This document shows, in pieces, positions 29,608 through 39,041 of a stretch of 64,000 nt of DNA. The DNA is taken from IMG/VR virus record IMGVR_UViG_3300031088_000758; one strand, written 5' to 3'. Both the position numbers and the translations under genes were made by a program. How positions within the stretch are numbered: the first letter of the stretch is position 1; every line of letters begins with the position of its first letter. A model generated the notes under the pieces. The model saw only the letters and a program-made list of their open reading frames with translations. It did not search any database and had not been told where the DNA came from. The DNA comes from a virus. Lineage: Duplodnaviria > Caudoviricetes.

Positions 29608-30267
29608 TCAGTCATCCAGCGCAATATTCTGTTCGGCGCTATTCTTCGTCCTGATAGTTGGCGAGTGCTTTGCATAGATTTGAAGAAAGTGGAATTATCA
29701 GGATACAGGGCTTACTCTAATGTTGTATTAGGCGTCGCCACAACTATTGAAGATGCTTTAACTGTTCTAAGGTTTGCTCAACAGACAATGATGAAAAGAT
29801 ATGCGGAGATGGAATCCTTGGGCGTAAATAATTTCTTAGATCTTCCAGAACAGGGCCAGGCACTAATGCTAATGGTCGATGAAGCAGGTGAATTGCTTTC
29901 TCCCTCTGGTGTAAAAGCGCTGGTAAGTTCAACAATTCTTCCAACTCCTGATGGTAAAATAAAACTAGAAAATTTAAACATTGGCGACACAATTTATGAC
30001 AATTACGGACAAGAAACCGTTATCACTAATAAATACACACCAGTTGAACAATCACGTTATGAAATAAAAATAACTAGTGATAAAACAAAAATTAGCGAAA
30101 ATTTTGTTGCTGGTTCAGAACATAACTGGGTTGCTTATTTCACGTATCCTGATGGTGAAGTTGAAGGTCCAGAAATTGTTGATACACAATACTTATATGA
30201 ATTTAAAAAACACCAAGAAACATTCCCCATTGAAGAACGCACAACTGTTAAATTTAAAAAAGGCTGA
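29452..30267 (+). CDS. FtsK-family ATPase middle fragment flanked by split-intein halves (IntC-extein-IntN)
   Basis: IntC ends THN|S; extein IDLKKVEL..RY..LMVDEAGELL (Walker B); IntN begins K|ALVSSTILPTPDG. Confidence 0.88.
   Translation: MKIKEIREIQPELARCIEVDSPDRLFAVEGTRKDSDKNNQNSSAASKIITHNSVIQRNILFGAILRPDSWRVLCIDLKKVELSGYRAYSNVVLGVATTIEDALTVLRFAQQTMMKRYAEMESLGVNNFLDLPEQGQALMLMVDEAGELLSPSGVKALVSSTILPTPDGKIKLENLNIGDTIYDNYGQETVITNKYTPVEQSRYEIKITSDKTKISENFVAGSEHNWVAYFTYPDGEVEGPEIVDTQYLYEFKKHQETFPIEERTTVKFKKG
29917..30264 (+). mobile_element. split intein N-half #2 (Ala1, class 3)
   Basis: ALVSSTILPTPDG..LNIGDTIYD..G; block B AGSEHNW; ends in stop with no C-half. Confidence 0.85.
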
Positions 30268-30422
30268 TCTTTATTTGTTAATATTGTCCATGTTCAAACT
30301 TTAAAAATTGTCAAAATACTATACGGAATAGTTTAAAATCAGTTGCTATATTTAGGTTATTTAATCTGTTTTTCTTGGTAAGATACATATAAGAAAGACA
30401 ATATTGAGTGGAGCTTTTGCAA

Positions 30423-32237
30423 ATGGCGGATAAAATATGTGAATGGTGCAATGAGAAATATAATGGTGCCAAGAATAGTCGCTGGTGCAAGAAGCCTCAT
30501 TACAAAACTTGCGATAATCTTGAATGCAACAATACTTTCATCATCAAAGAAATGAAACGCCCAGCTAAAACTTGTTCAAAACCTTGCGCTGATGCTCTTA
30601 CAAAAATTAATTCAACAAAAGAAAAAGTTTGTCAATGGCATAATTGCGGAAAGACTTTCACAAGTTCTAAACATGATGCTATGTATTGTTCGAACTCTCA
30701 TTACGATACATGTGTTGTGTGCAAAAATGAGTTTGAAATACACACGGTTCATAAGCCTGCTAAAACTTGTTCAAAAAAATGCGCTTGGAATTTAGTGGAA
30801 GATGTTGAAAGTGTTGTTGAAAAGAGGAAAAAGAGCAATCAATTAAAATATGGTGTTGATAATCCTTCTCAGGCTCAAAAAATTAAAGATAAAAAAACTA
30901 AATCAGCGCAAAAAAGATATGGTGTTGATAATGTTTCACAAGCTGAAGAAGTAAAAGAAAAAAGGGTGGGAACGTTTATTGAACGTTATGGTGCTGATAA
31001 CCCTATGAGAAACAAAGATATTCAAGAAACTCTTAGACAATCCATTAATGACAAATATGGAGTAGATAATGTTTTTGCTAATGAAGAAATTAAGTTAAAA
31101 GTTAAACAAACTATTCTTGAAAAATACGGTGTGGAGAATATTTCCCAGCTTCCTTCTAATCAAGACAAAGTTAGAGCAACAACACTTATTCGATTTGGAG
31201 TGGAAAGTGTTCTACAGTTACCAGAAAATCAATTAAAAGCGAGTTTAGCGAATGGCAAAAGAATCTCTAAAATAAATAAGAAATGGAAAGAGATCTTAAC
31301 AAAAGAGGCCAATAAAGAATTTAAGATGGAAACGCATTTCGGTGATAACTACTACGCTGATTTAGGTTATGATAACGTCCTTATTGATATCAACCCAACA
31401 ATAACGCATAATTCAACCAATTCTTTTGTCCATTTCACTAGTATTTGTAAAGTTGATGGTTGTGAAAAGAAGTCTCACGCTCCAAGAGATACAGAATACC
31501 ATCAGAAACGCGCTCTGATGGCTGAAGAGAACGGATATGTTCTTCTCCAATATTTTGACTGGTATGATCCTGAGATTTTCATAAGTATTGTCAAATCAAA
31601 ACTTAAACAAGAAGATAAAAAGGTATATGCGCGGAAAACTGTTCTCAAAGAAATTAGCCAAGCTGATGCTAATCGTTTCTTCCGGGAGAATCATCTTATG
31701 GGAGCCAGCAATGGGCAAACTTTGTGTTTAGGCTTATTCTATAATGATGAGTTAATCCATGTTCAAACTTATGGTAAAGCACGTTTGAACAAGAACTATG
31801 AATGGGAAGCTATTCGTTCAGCATCTAGAATTAATCATCATATTCCAGGCGCTTTTAGTAAATGTGATAAATATTTTTTCAATAAAATGAAACCTAAGAG
31901 TGTTATTAGTTATGTTGATTTAAGTATTAGTCAGGGGCATACTGATTCTATGTTTGATGGCTGGGTTCTGAAATCATTGAACAAACCTTCCGCTACTTGG
32001 GTGAGAGTAATTGAAGATGAAGCAGCAAAGATAGAGAACCGGAAACCTTTGCCAAGATTTGTTAAAGATTCTGCTGCAAGGCGTGTTAGTGCAGACAGGT
32101 TGCTTGGATTTGAAGTTGGAGAAAAATATCCACGTTTTGATGAAAACGGTTTAAAGATAACTAATGATTACGTTTTTATGTCAGAAGGTTATATGAAAGT
32201 GTTTGATGCTGGTACAAGAACTTATGTATGGCAATGA
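30423..32237 (+). CDS. putative homing endonuclease (Cys-rich, six YGVDN-type repeats, Vsr-like, C-terminal ARK..GG.SK domain)
   Basis: CxxC clusters; KYGVDN repeats; ADLG..IDIN..H..FDW; YARKT..H..GAFSK..SYVD..DAG. Confidence 0.75.
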   Translation: MADKICEWCNEKYNGAKNSRWCKKPHYKTCDNLECNNTFIIKEMKRPAKTCSKPCADALTKINSTKEKVCQWHNCGKTFTSSKHDAMYCSNSHYDTCVVCKNEFEIHTVHKPAKTCSKKCAWNLVEDVESVVEKRKKSNQLKYGVDNPSQAQKIKDKKTKSAQKRYGVDNVSQAEEVKEKRVGTFIERYGADNPMRNKDIQETLRQSINDKYGVDNVFANEEIKLKVKQTILEKYGVENISQLPSNQDKVRATTLIRFGVESVLQLPENQLKASLANGKRISKINKKWKEILTKEANKEFKMETHFGDNYYADLGYDNVLIDINPTITHNSTNSFVHFTSICKVDGCEKKSHAPRDTEYHQKRALMAEENGYVLLQYFDWYDPEIFISIVKSKLKQEDKKVYARKTVLKEISQADANRFFRENHLMGASNGQTLCLGLFYNDELIHVQTYGKARLNKNYEWEAIRSASRINHHIPGAFSKCDKYFFNKMKPKSVISYVDLSISQGHTDSMFDGWVLKSLNKPSATWVRVIEDEAAKIENRKPLPRFVKDSAARRVSADRLLGFEVGEKYPRFDENGLKITNDYVFMSEGYMKVFDAGTRTYVWQ

Positions 32238-32370
32238 ATAAAAATATATGACGTTTTAAAATTTTGGTTTCTAAAACTTCAAAATTATTTATTATTCTAA
32301 GATAGAAAACTCTTTGTTAATATTGTTTATTCATAGTAAACGATTAAAATGTCTATTAGGTAGGTTCAAT

Positions 32371-33222
32371 ATGTTTTATCATGTAAGTAATGATGGTGTC
32401 CCAAGAGTTTGTCATGCAACATCACCTTCTAAGTGCCCTATATCTAAAAGCGGGGATTTAAAAGAACACTTTATGGATACTGTAGAAGCAGCAAAAGCCT
32501 ATGAAAACCATATGGAATCAAAAAATTCGAAAAACATTCTACAAAAGACCAAATCTTCCAAAAATGATTCAACTGGTTCTTTTTCCTATGTTGATTCTGA
32601 TACAGTTAATCTTTTTAAAAACAAAATTCAAGAACTTTACCCATTGTTTAAAAATTATTCTCATGATTACACTAACTATAATCCTGATGAACGACCTGGT
32701 GAACGTGAATTCATAGAAAACTATAACCCTAAGAAATACACGGATAAAGATGTCTCATATACCGCTGATAATATTATTTTGCGTGTAGATCCAGAAGATA
32801 ATGTTTTAAAAGTTCTTATGATAAAAAGAGGTGGACATCCTTATAAGAATCATTGGGCACATCCTGGTGGTTTTATTGATGATATAAAAGATGGTACAGG
32901 TTCTATCATGCGGTCTGAGACAAGGTTTGAAGCGGCTTCACGCGAACTTAAAGAAGAAACTGGAATGATTGTTGAACCACATCAAATGGACGCTGTAAAC
33001 GTCTATAAACACCATGGAAGAGACCCCCGTATGGATGTTCACATGAATACGCATGTCGTACTTATGGATGAAGAACGTGAGTTTGAAGCAGCTGATGATG
33101 CTACTGATGCAAAGTATATTCCTGTTTCAGATATCTATTCTGATAAAATTGATGTAGCTTTTGACCATAAACTAAGCATTAAAGATGCGTTAAACTTTGT
33201 CATCAAATCAAACAAAAATTAA
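32371..33222 (+). CDS. HCCH-tagged Nudix hydrolase (ADP-ribose pyrophosphatase-like)
   Basis: MFYHVSNDG..C.A..CP..HF..EA tag; WAHPGGF..AASRELKEETG, RDPR, AFDH. Confidence 0.88.
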   Translation: MFYHVSNDGVPRVCHATSPSKCPISKSGDLKEHFMDTVEAAKAYENHMESKNSKNILQKTKSSKNDSTGSFSYVDSDTVNLFKNKIQELYPLFKNYSHDYTNYNPDERPGEREFIENYNPKKYTDKDVSYTADNIILRVDPEDNVLKVLMIKRGGHPYKNHWAHPGGFIDDIKDGTGSIMRSETRFEAASRELKEETGMIVEPHQMDAVNVYKHHGRDPRMDVHMNTHVVLMDEEREFEAADDATDAKYIPVSDIYSDKIDVAFDHKLSIKDALNFVIKSNKN

Positions 33223-33278
33223 ACAATGTGAATATAGTAATAATATATCGAACATGACAGTAATGTATAAGATATATC

Positions 33279-33307
33279 TTGACAAATATAGAATCTCCTT
33301 GTAGAAT
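33279..33307 (+). promoter_or_regulatory. SigA-like promoter
   Basis: TTGACA-N17-TAGAAT. Confidence 0.6.
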
Positions 33308-33350
33308 TAGTTCGAAAATATAATTCTAAAATTCTACAAGGAGATTCTTC

Positions 33351-33893
33351 ATGGTCCGTCGAAGCGTAGAGGACATTAAAAACGATTACAACCTGCATAC
33401 TGCTGTTTATCATCAGAGTAAACAAGCTTACAAAGAAGCAGAAATTAAGCATGAACAGAAACAGAGCAAATTTTACACAGCATATTTTATTTTGTTTGCC
33501 ATGAGTTCAGTTGCGGTTTGGTTTAGCACTCACAGTATTGAAACCTTAATCGGTTATATTTTTATGGGATTTTTCGTAAGTGTTACCTTAACCTCACATA
33601 TCTTTGTTTCAATCTTTACCGATAGAAGCACACCGCAAGCTGCAGATTATAATTGTTCAAGGACAGAGCGCGAAAAATACGTCAATGACATTAAACACGA
33701 GATTGTCGAATCTATGATTCAAGGCCATATTATGAAAATTGATTTTAAAAAGTCTAGTTATTCTACGTGGAACATGATTGTTACACTAGATGAAGATAAT
33801 AAGTCTCATGAGTACTATGCTGAATTTTTCTTTGATGATGAAAAATCAACTATTGATGTTAATGTTCATGAATTTGTCGCTAAAAACAACTGA
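33351..33893 (+). CDS. membrane protein (2 TM)
   Basis: two hydrophobic segments; RBS AGGAG. Confidence 0.75.
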   Translation: MVRRSVEDIKNDYNLHTAVYHQSKQAYKEAEIKHEQKQSKFYTAYFILFAMSSVAVWFSTHSIETLIGYIFMGFFVSVTLTSHIFVSIFTDRSTPQAADYNCSRTEREKYVNDIKHEIVESMIQGHIMKIDFKKSSYSTWNMIVTLDEDNKSHEYYAEFFFDDEKSTIDVNVHEFVAKNN

Positions 33894-33984
33894 CTTCAAA
33901 TAAGATTAATAAAATCTTCTGACTACTAATCATAGTGTTGTATTTAAGTATTGCTATCTAACACATTTATTCGAAAGGCATAAT

Positions 33985-34734
33985 ATGTCCATCTATAGTC
34001 TCTATTCTGCTTTTAATAAAAAAGAATTTTCTAAAATTGACTCTAAACAAATTTTTCAAAAACTACAATACACTTCGTTATCTGGAGAAGTGAGAGATTT
34101 AAATTTTGACAAAGATGAATTCAACAAAGATAGAGTAGAATTTGAAAATCTATATGGGTATTCTAGCAATGTTAAGTATTATTTTTATCAAGATTCAGAA
34201 GATTCTACATATGCTTATTGTATAGTTAATATAGGTTCCCGAAAGTATCTTTTTAGAGTAGATGGTAAAAAGTTTGTAAGAAAAAGTATGTTCTCCAATG
34301 AAAAGAAAATCAGATGGGGAGCTTTATACAGATTATTGTTGAAAACTAAAAAATACTCATCAGATGACATGCAAACAAAAAATATCGCTTTAACAACGCT
34401 TCATGATTATAATATGTACGGAATCAATTGTTTTCAAAAACCAAAACACAATAATTCTTTGAGTGAAAATTATTCGAATATGCTAATTCGTGTTTTTGAA
34501 GCGAAATTCAGTATTGATGAAATCGGATTAAATAAAATAGAAAAAGTTTTTCATGCAACTAAACCTCATGATGTTTTATACAATGATTTATTAATTAAGT
34601 TAGAAAATTCAGCAGATTTGTATAATCTTAAAAAAACAGAATATTATACAGCTATCAAAAACTTAAAAGACACAATTAATCACTATGATAGAAAAGAATT
34701 TGAAAGAAAACAGTTAGAAGTTCTTTCTTCTTGA
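33985..34734 (+). CDS. hypothetical protein
   Basis: 249-aa ORF with RBS. Confidence 0.7.
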   Translation: MSIYSLYSAFNKKEFSKIDSKQIFQKLQYTSLSGEVRDLNFDKDEFNKDRVEFENLYGYSSNVKYYFYQDSEDSTYAYCIVNIGSRKYLFRVDGKKFVRKSMFSNEKKIRWGALYRLLLKTKKYSSDDMQTKNIALTTLHDYNMYGINCFQKPKHNNSLSENYSNMLIRVFEAKFSIDEIGLNKIEKVFHATKPHDVLYNDLLIKLENSADLYNLKKTEYYTAIKNLKDTINHYDRKEFERKQLEVLSS

Positions 34735-34823
34735 AATTTAGTTTGAAAATTTTACTCTTATGTTGAATTTTTCTCATACTTAGAGAATGCATCTCATCAG
34801 AAACCTTAATAAATACTTTAACT

Positions 34824-36590
34824 TTAAGGTTTCTGATGAGATGTTTTTTGTTTGAGTTCAGCTAATTCTCTTCTGCACTTAAAACATGAATACAGATCTT
34901 TACCTTTTCTTGGAACTGGTTTGATTTCAGTGTTGCATATTACACAATTCCAATCATGAGGATTAGAACAGAATAGTTGGTTCTTGTTCTTAGCTTCGAA
35001 TTCTTTGTGGCATAGTTGACAAACATTTATTAAGGCTTTCTTCTCAAAGAGAGGTTTTCTTGATTCCTCTTTAATCTCTTTTTGACAGATGCTGCAATCC
35101 TTATTGGTTTTACCTTTGCTTTCATCATGATATCTGTGTGCTGCTTTGTCAGCAGTACATTTGCTACAGCTTTTACCTTTGTGCTTTGTTTCACCGTGAA
35201 TTAAACATTCTCTAATGTTTATAGAACCTTCGGCGCGACATTTTGAACATTTTCCATTCATATGTTTTGTTGTGCCATGAATCAAACATTCTTGTATCTC
35301 TACAATGTTTTCACGACACTTTAAACATTCGCTGTTGACAAAATATGTTTCGCCATGGACTTTACAGTTGTCTAATGTATATTTTGTGTTTCGGCATTTG
35401 TAGCATTTGTTTCCGACATGTTTAGTTAAACCATGATTTGAGCAATTCTTCATGGTGATATTTTTTTCATTCAAGCATTTTCGACATTGATTACCTATGT
35501 GTTTCGTGTTACCGTGAATTTCGCATTTTTTGGTATTGATAGATTTTTCGGCAGTGCATCTACAACAAGTTTTTCCAGCATGTTTAGTTAAACCATGGAT
35601 TGAGCAGTTTTTGTCCTCAAAACGCAAAAGTTGTCCTCGATTAAAACCTGTGTAATGACCACCTGTAATACTATTTAAACAATTTGGATCAGTGTGCCAA
35701 AGATCTTGAATTAACTCTTTTTCATGACGATATGCTTGTGATCTAGTGTCAAATATACTTAGGACTTCTTTTTTAAGAGTTTTTCTGTATTTCTTTTTCC
35801 AGTTGCCAAATTTATTGTTTTCAGATGCTTTGCCTCCGCTTCCATAATAGCCATCATTTAGGCAGTCTTCTATAGTAATTTCGCTATAAGGTTTCTTAAC
35901 ACTTGAAACTCCATAGTAGTACTTTTCAGATTTTGATGAAGTTATTTTATAAGTGTAAAAGCTAATGTTTGGATTAAACCAAGCATAGACTTTATCACCA
36001 GTTGTTTCTTCTATGCTCCATCCTAACTCTTCAACGAATAGTTCTATATTTGTTTTTCTTTTTCCGTTCTTATGAAAAACTTCACCTAATGTAGTTCCGA
36101 GAATATTATCAGGACCTAAACTTACAACATAAGGAATTGAAAGTTTCTCTTTGCCTCTGGCAGTAGAAATATTCTTATTTGGAGCAATTAAGTAACTTTT
36201 TGTTTTGTCTTGAGAAATTAGCTTAAAACCAGCATGTTCATAAACTTTTGTATTTTCGCCTGTTGTGTCTTGATAAGTAAAGATGTCATAAGGCGAAAAT
36301 TCTTGTTTGTAATAGTTGACTAGTTTACTGGCACCACCTGTAACCCTGACATTTTGCTTAAAACACAGTCTTAAAAGCTCAGTAGAGTATTCAGCTTTTT
36401 TCGCGGAAGTTCTTGGGGAGCAAAATTGTGCTACAGCAATAAGTTCTTTTTTGTATAAAAGACCAATACTGAATACTCTTGTATTAGGTGCGGCAGAACC
36501 GCTCGAATGATAAGCCTCAACAAAGCTTTGTGCTGTTTCTGAATCAATAACTTTCACAATTGTTTTTCTTGCGTATACCCTTCGCTGCAT
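34824..36590 (-). CDS. putative homing endonuclease: ARK..GG.SK domain + GIY-YIG-like + six CxxHG..CxxC repeats
   Basis: YARKT..ELLRLCF..GGASKL; YTYKIT..YYYG..YYGSG..E; repeated C..HG.TKH...C..C. Confidence 0.75.
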   Translation of the reverse strand: MQRRVYARKTIVKVIDSETAQSFVEAYHSSGSAAPNTRVFSIGLLYKKELIAVAQFCSPRTSAKKAEYSTELLRLCFKQNVRVTGGASKLVNYYKQEFSPYDIFTYQDTTGENTKVYEHAGFKLISQDKTKSYLIAPNKNISTARGKEKLSIPYVVSLGPDNILGTTLGEVFHKNGKRKTNIELFVEELGWSIEETTGDKVYAWFNPNISFYTYKITSSKSEKYYYGVSSVKKPYSEITIEDCLNDGYYGSGGKASENNKFGNWKKKYRKTLKKEVLSIFDTRSQAYRHEKELIQDLWHTDPNCLNSITGGHYTGFNRGQLLRFEDKNCSIHGLTKHAGKTCCRCTAEKSINTKKCEIHGNTKHIGNQCRKCLNEKNITMKNCSNHGLTKHVGNKCYKCRNTKYTLDNCKVHGETYFVNSECLKCRENIVEIQECLIHGTTKHMNGKCSKCRAEGSINIRECLIHGETKHKGKSCSKCTADKAAHRYHDESKGKTNKDCSICQKEIKEESRKPLFEKKALINVCQLCHKEFEAKNKNQLFCSNPHDWNCVICNTEIKPVPRKGKDLYSCFKCRRELAELKQKTSHQKP

Positions 36591-36734
36591 AGTTGCTCCT
36601 GTTCTTCTTTATTGATAATTGTATCTTACCAAAAAATCTATTACAATGCTATGTTTTTAACATAATTGAGCAGTGCTTTAAAGAGCTTAGGTTGATATTT
36701 ATGTAAATATATTTTTAGAAAGTTAGGAAGCTTT

Positions 36735-36908
36735 ATGGATAAAAGTAATGAACTTAGCGAAAACATAAATGTCAACGCTGAAGAAGAGTGGTTTACATTA
36801 GAGAATATTGCGATCTCTGACAATGATGAAACTTTGTATTGTATAAGCGTTGATTCACCTGATAAACAATTCTTGATTGGTGAAGATATCGCTGTTCCCA
36901 CACATAAT
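36735..36908 (+). mobile_element. split intein C-half #2 (class 3)
   Basis: block F Cys, block G THN, +1 Ser. Confidence 0.85.
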
Positions 36909-37625
36909 AGCGAAGAAGGTAAGGCCGAGGATGAGCTAAAAGGCGAAGCCGCAATGATCATTGGAAGTATAGCAAGGTTAGGTCGAGCCGCAGGTGTACA
37001 CCTCGTTATTGCTACGCAGAGACCTGACGCTACTATTATTAGTGGTGAGACGAAGGCTAACCTTGGTGTAAGAATTAACGCTGGTAGAACTGATTCAAAT
37101 GCTTCTTCAATGATTTTGGGAACTAGTGATGGAACTCGTGTTAAGGCTAACCCTCGTGGTAGGCTTTATTTGAGGATATATGGAAGCGGAAACCATGGTC
37201 AAGGATTTTTTGCTGAACAATCTTGGATAGACAATTACCTTGCTTCTCAAGGCAAAAATCCTGATGGTTCTCCAATTTCTGAGAAGCGTTCTAAACTTGC
37301 TAAGGTTGCTGATATGAGTCAATTTGAGGATGCTGACCTTGATGAGCGTGAGGGTGTTGACAATTCAACAGTTATTGAACAAATAAGAGCTGAAGAATCG
37401 GGTGAAGAATTTGACAATCTTATGACAGATGATGATGATGCGGAATCTGATAGTGATGATTGGGGATTTGATACGGAGGACGAAGCAATTGATGAACCTG
37501 AAGAAGATAAGCTTGGTCGTCCTGATTTAGCTAGTGTTGGTGGAACAGACATGGATAAGTTCAAAAGACCAGAAGAAAGCTGGGACTCAGAATTAGAAGA
37601 TCTTTTAGCAGAGAATAATGAGTGA
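36735..37625 (+). CDS. FtsK-family ATPase C-terminal fragment with N-terminal split-intein C-half
   Basis: YCISVDSPDKQFLIG..PTHN|S then IARLGRAAGVHLVIATQRPD..KANLGVRI..RGR; acidic tail. Confidence 0.88.
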   Translation: MDKSNELSENINVNAEEEWFTLENIAISDNDETLYCISVDSPDKQFLIGEDIAVPTHNSEEGKAEDELKGEAAMIIGSIARLGRAAGVHLVIATQRPDATIISGETKANLGVRINAGRTDSNASSMILGTSDGTRVKANPRGRLYLRIYGSGNHGQGFFAEQSWIDNYLASQGKNPDGSPISEKRSKLAKVADMSQFEDADLDEREGVDNSTVIEQIRAEESGEEFDNLMTDDDDAESDSDDWGFDTEDEAIDEPEEDKLGRPDLASVGGTDMDKFKRPEESWDSELEDLLAENNE

Positions 37626-37754
37626 ATGCGATAGTTCATAATTGTGAATAAGTTGAATTGTTTTTAATGTTTTTATGAATAGTCAAAAATTGACTTAGTT
37701 TTGTGTTATTTTGTTAAGATAGTAATACGAAAGTAATATGTTTGAAGGTGGATT

Positions 37755-38975
37755 GTGGGTAAGATCAATAGTTCTATTTCTTATTTAGTTTCTGTTCAGC
37801 GTCCTGATCTTAGGGAGTTCTGGTCTAAGAAAAATATTTTAAGTTTTGATGAAGTTTCTGTAGGTAAAGCAGTTGATGTTTGGTGGACATGCAGTAAAGG
37901 TCATGAGTTTGAGCATAGTTTGAAAAATATGGCTGGAGTAAGAAAATACTTTAGATGTTCTGAATGCTACTTTTTGGAATCTGTTGCTTATTTGCATCCT
38001 GAAATTGTTCCTATGTGGGATGTTGAAAGAAATGGATTTTCAGCTGAAAAAAGCTTATTGAAAAACAACTCATCAGTTTGGTGGAAATGCGATAAAAGCC
38101 ATTCTTCTAAGAGGAAAGTTCAAAGTTATCTTAATGATCCTAATTGTTATGAATGTGTTGAAAAGCCATTTAGCAAAGTTTTTGAAAGTTATCCTGAACT
38201 AAAAAAAATTTGGGATTTTGATAAGAACCCTGATCCTAATAAGGTAAGTTCCTGGGATCTTAGTTTGTTTTATTGGAAATGCTTGAACGGACATAGTTTC
38301 ACAAGGACAATTTATCGTCAAGCAAGATTAGCTGAAAACAATTGTTTAATTTGTTATCGTGGTGGAACAATTTTTGATAAAACAAAAGAATTGTTGCCAT
38401 ACAAAGTTGATGTTGAGAAGACCCAAGAATTACTTTATCCAGATTTTGATGTATATGTTTACACACAGGGATTTAAGAAACCTGTTTATTGGTTATGTAA
38501 TTTTGGGCATTCTTTTAAAAGAGGATTTTCTGATCAATTGAAGAATAAAAGGAATTGCCGTGAATGCCATAATAATGTTTCTTCTTTAGAGCTAAAGGTT
38601 CGTACAGAAGTTAGTCGTTTATTTTCTGGTTTGAAGGTAGAGTACAATTACACTGGCTTAGATCAGGTTTATGAAGTTGATTTATTTTTTCCTGAACTTA
38701 ATAAGGCAATTGACGTAAACGGCGAATATTGGCATAGTGATGTTATTGCGCAGAAGAATGGATGGAATAGTTCTTATTCTAAACATTCGAGCAAGATTCA
38801 AAAATGTTTGGATAATGGTGTTCAGCTTGTTTATGTCTGGGAAGATGATTGGAACGAAGAATTAGATAAGTTATTGACTGCTTTGAAGGATTTTGTTGTG
38901 AATGACTCAATTGACAAGTTATTGTTGAGGTTGTATAGTCATTATGATAGTAAACAAGCTCTTTTTAAAAAATAA
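37755..38975 (+). CDS. Zn-ribbon repeat + Vsr-like endonuclease
   Basis: WW.C..GH..C..C repeats; S.LE..EVDLFFP..IDVNGEYWH..VWEDDW. Confidence 0.8.
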   Translation: MGKINSSISYLVSVQRPDLREFWSKKNILSFDEVSVGKAVDVWWTCSKGHEFEHSLKNMAGVRKYFRCSECYFLESVAYLHPEIVPMWDVERNGFSAEKSLLKNNSSVWWKCDKSHSSKRKVQSYLNDPNCYECVEKPFSKVFESYPELKKIWDFDKNPDPNKVSSWDLSLFYWKCLNGHSFTRTIYRQARLAENNCLICYRGGTIFDKTKELLPYKVDVEKTQELLYPDFDVYVYTQGFKKPVYWLCNFGHSFKRGFSDQLKNKRNCRECHNNVSSLELKVRTEVSRLFSGLKVEYNYTGLDQVYEVDLFFPELNKAIDVNGEYWHSDVIAQKNGWNSSYSKHSSKIQKCLDNGVQLVYVWEDDWNEELDKLLTALKDFVVNDSIDKLLLRLYSHYDSKQALFKK

Positions 38976-39041
38976 GTTGGATTTTATTTAATTTTATGTA
39001 ATAATATAACAGACATTGTATTTTATTGAGATGAGGTTTTT

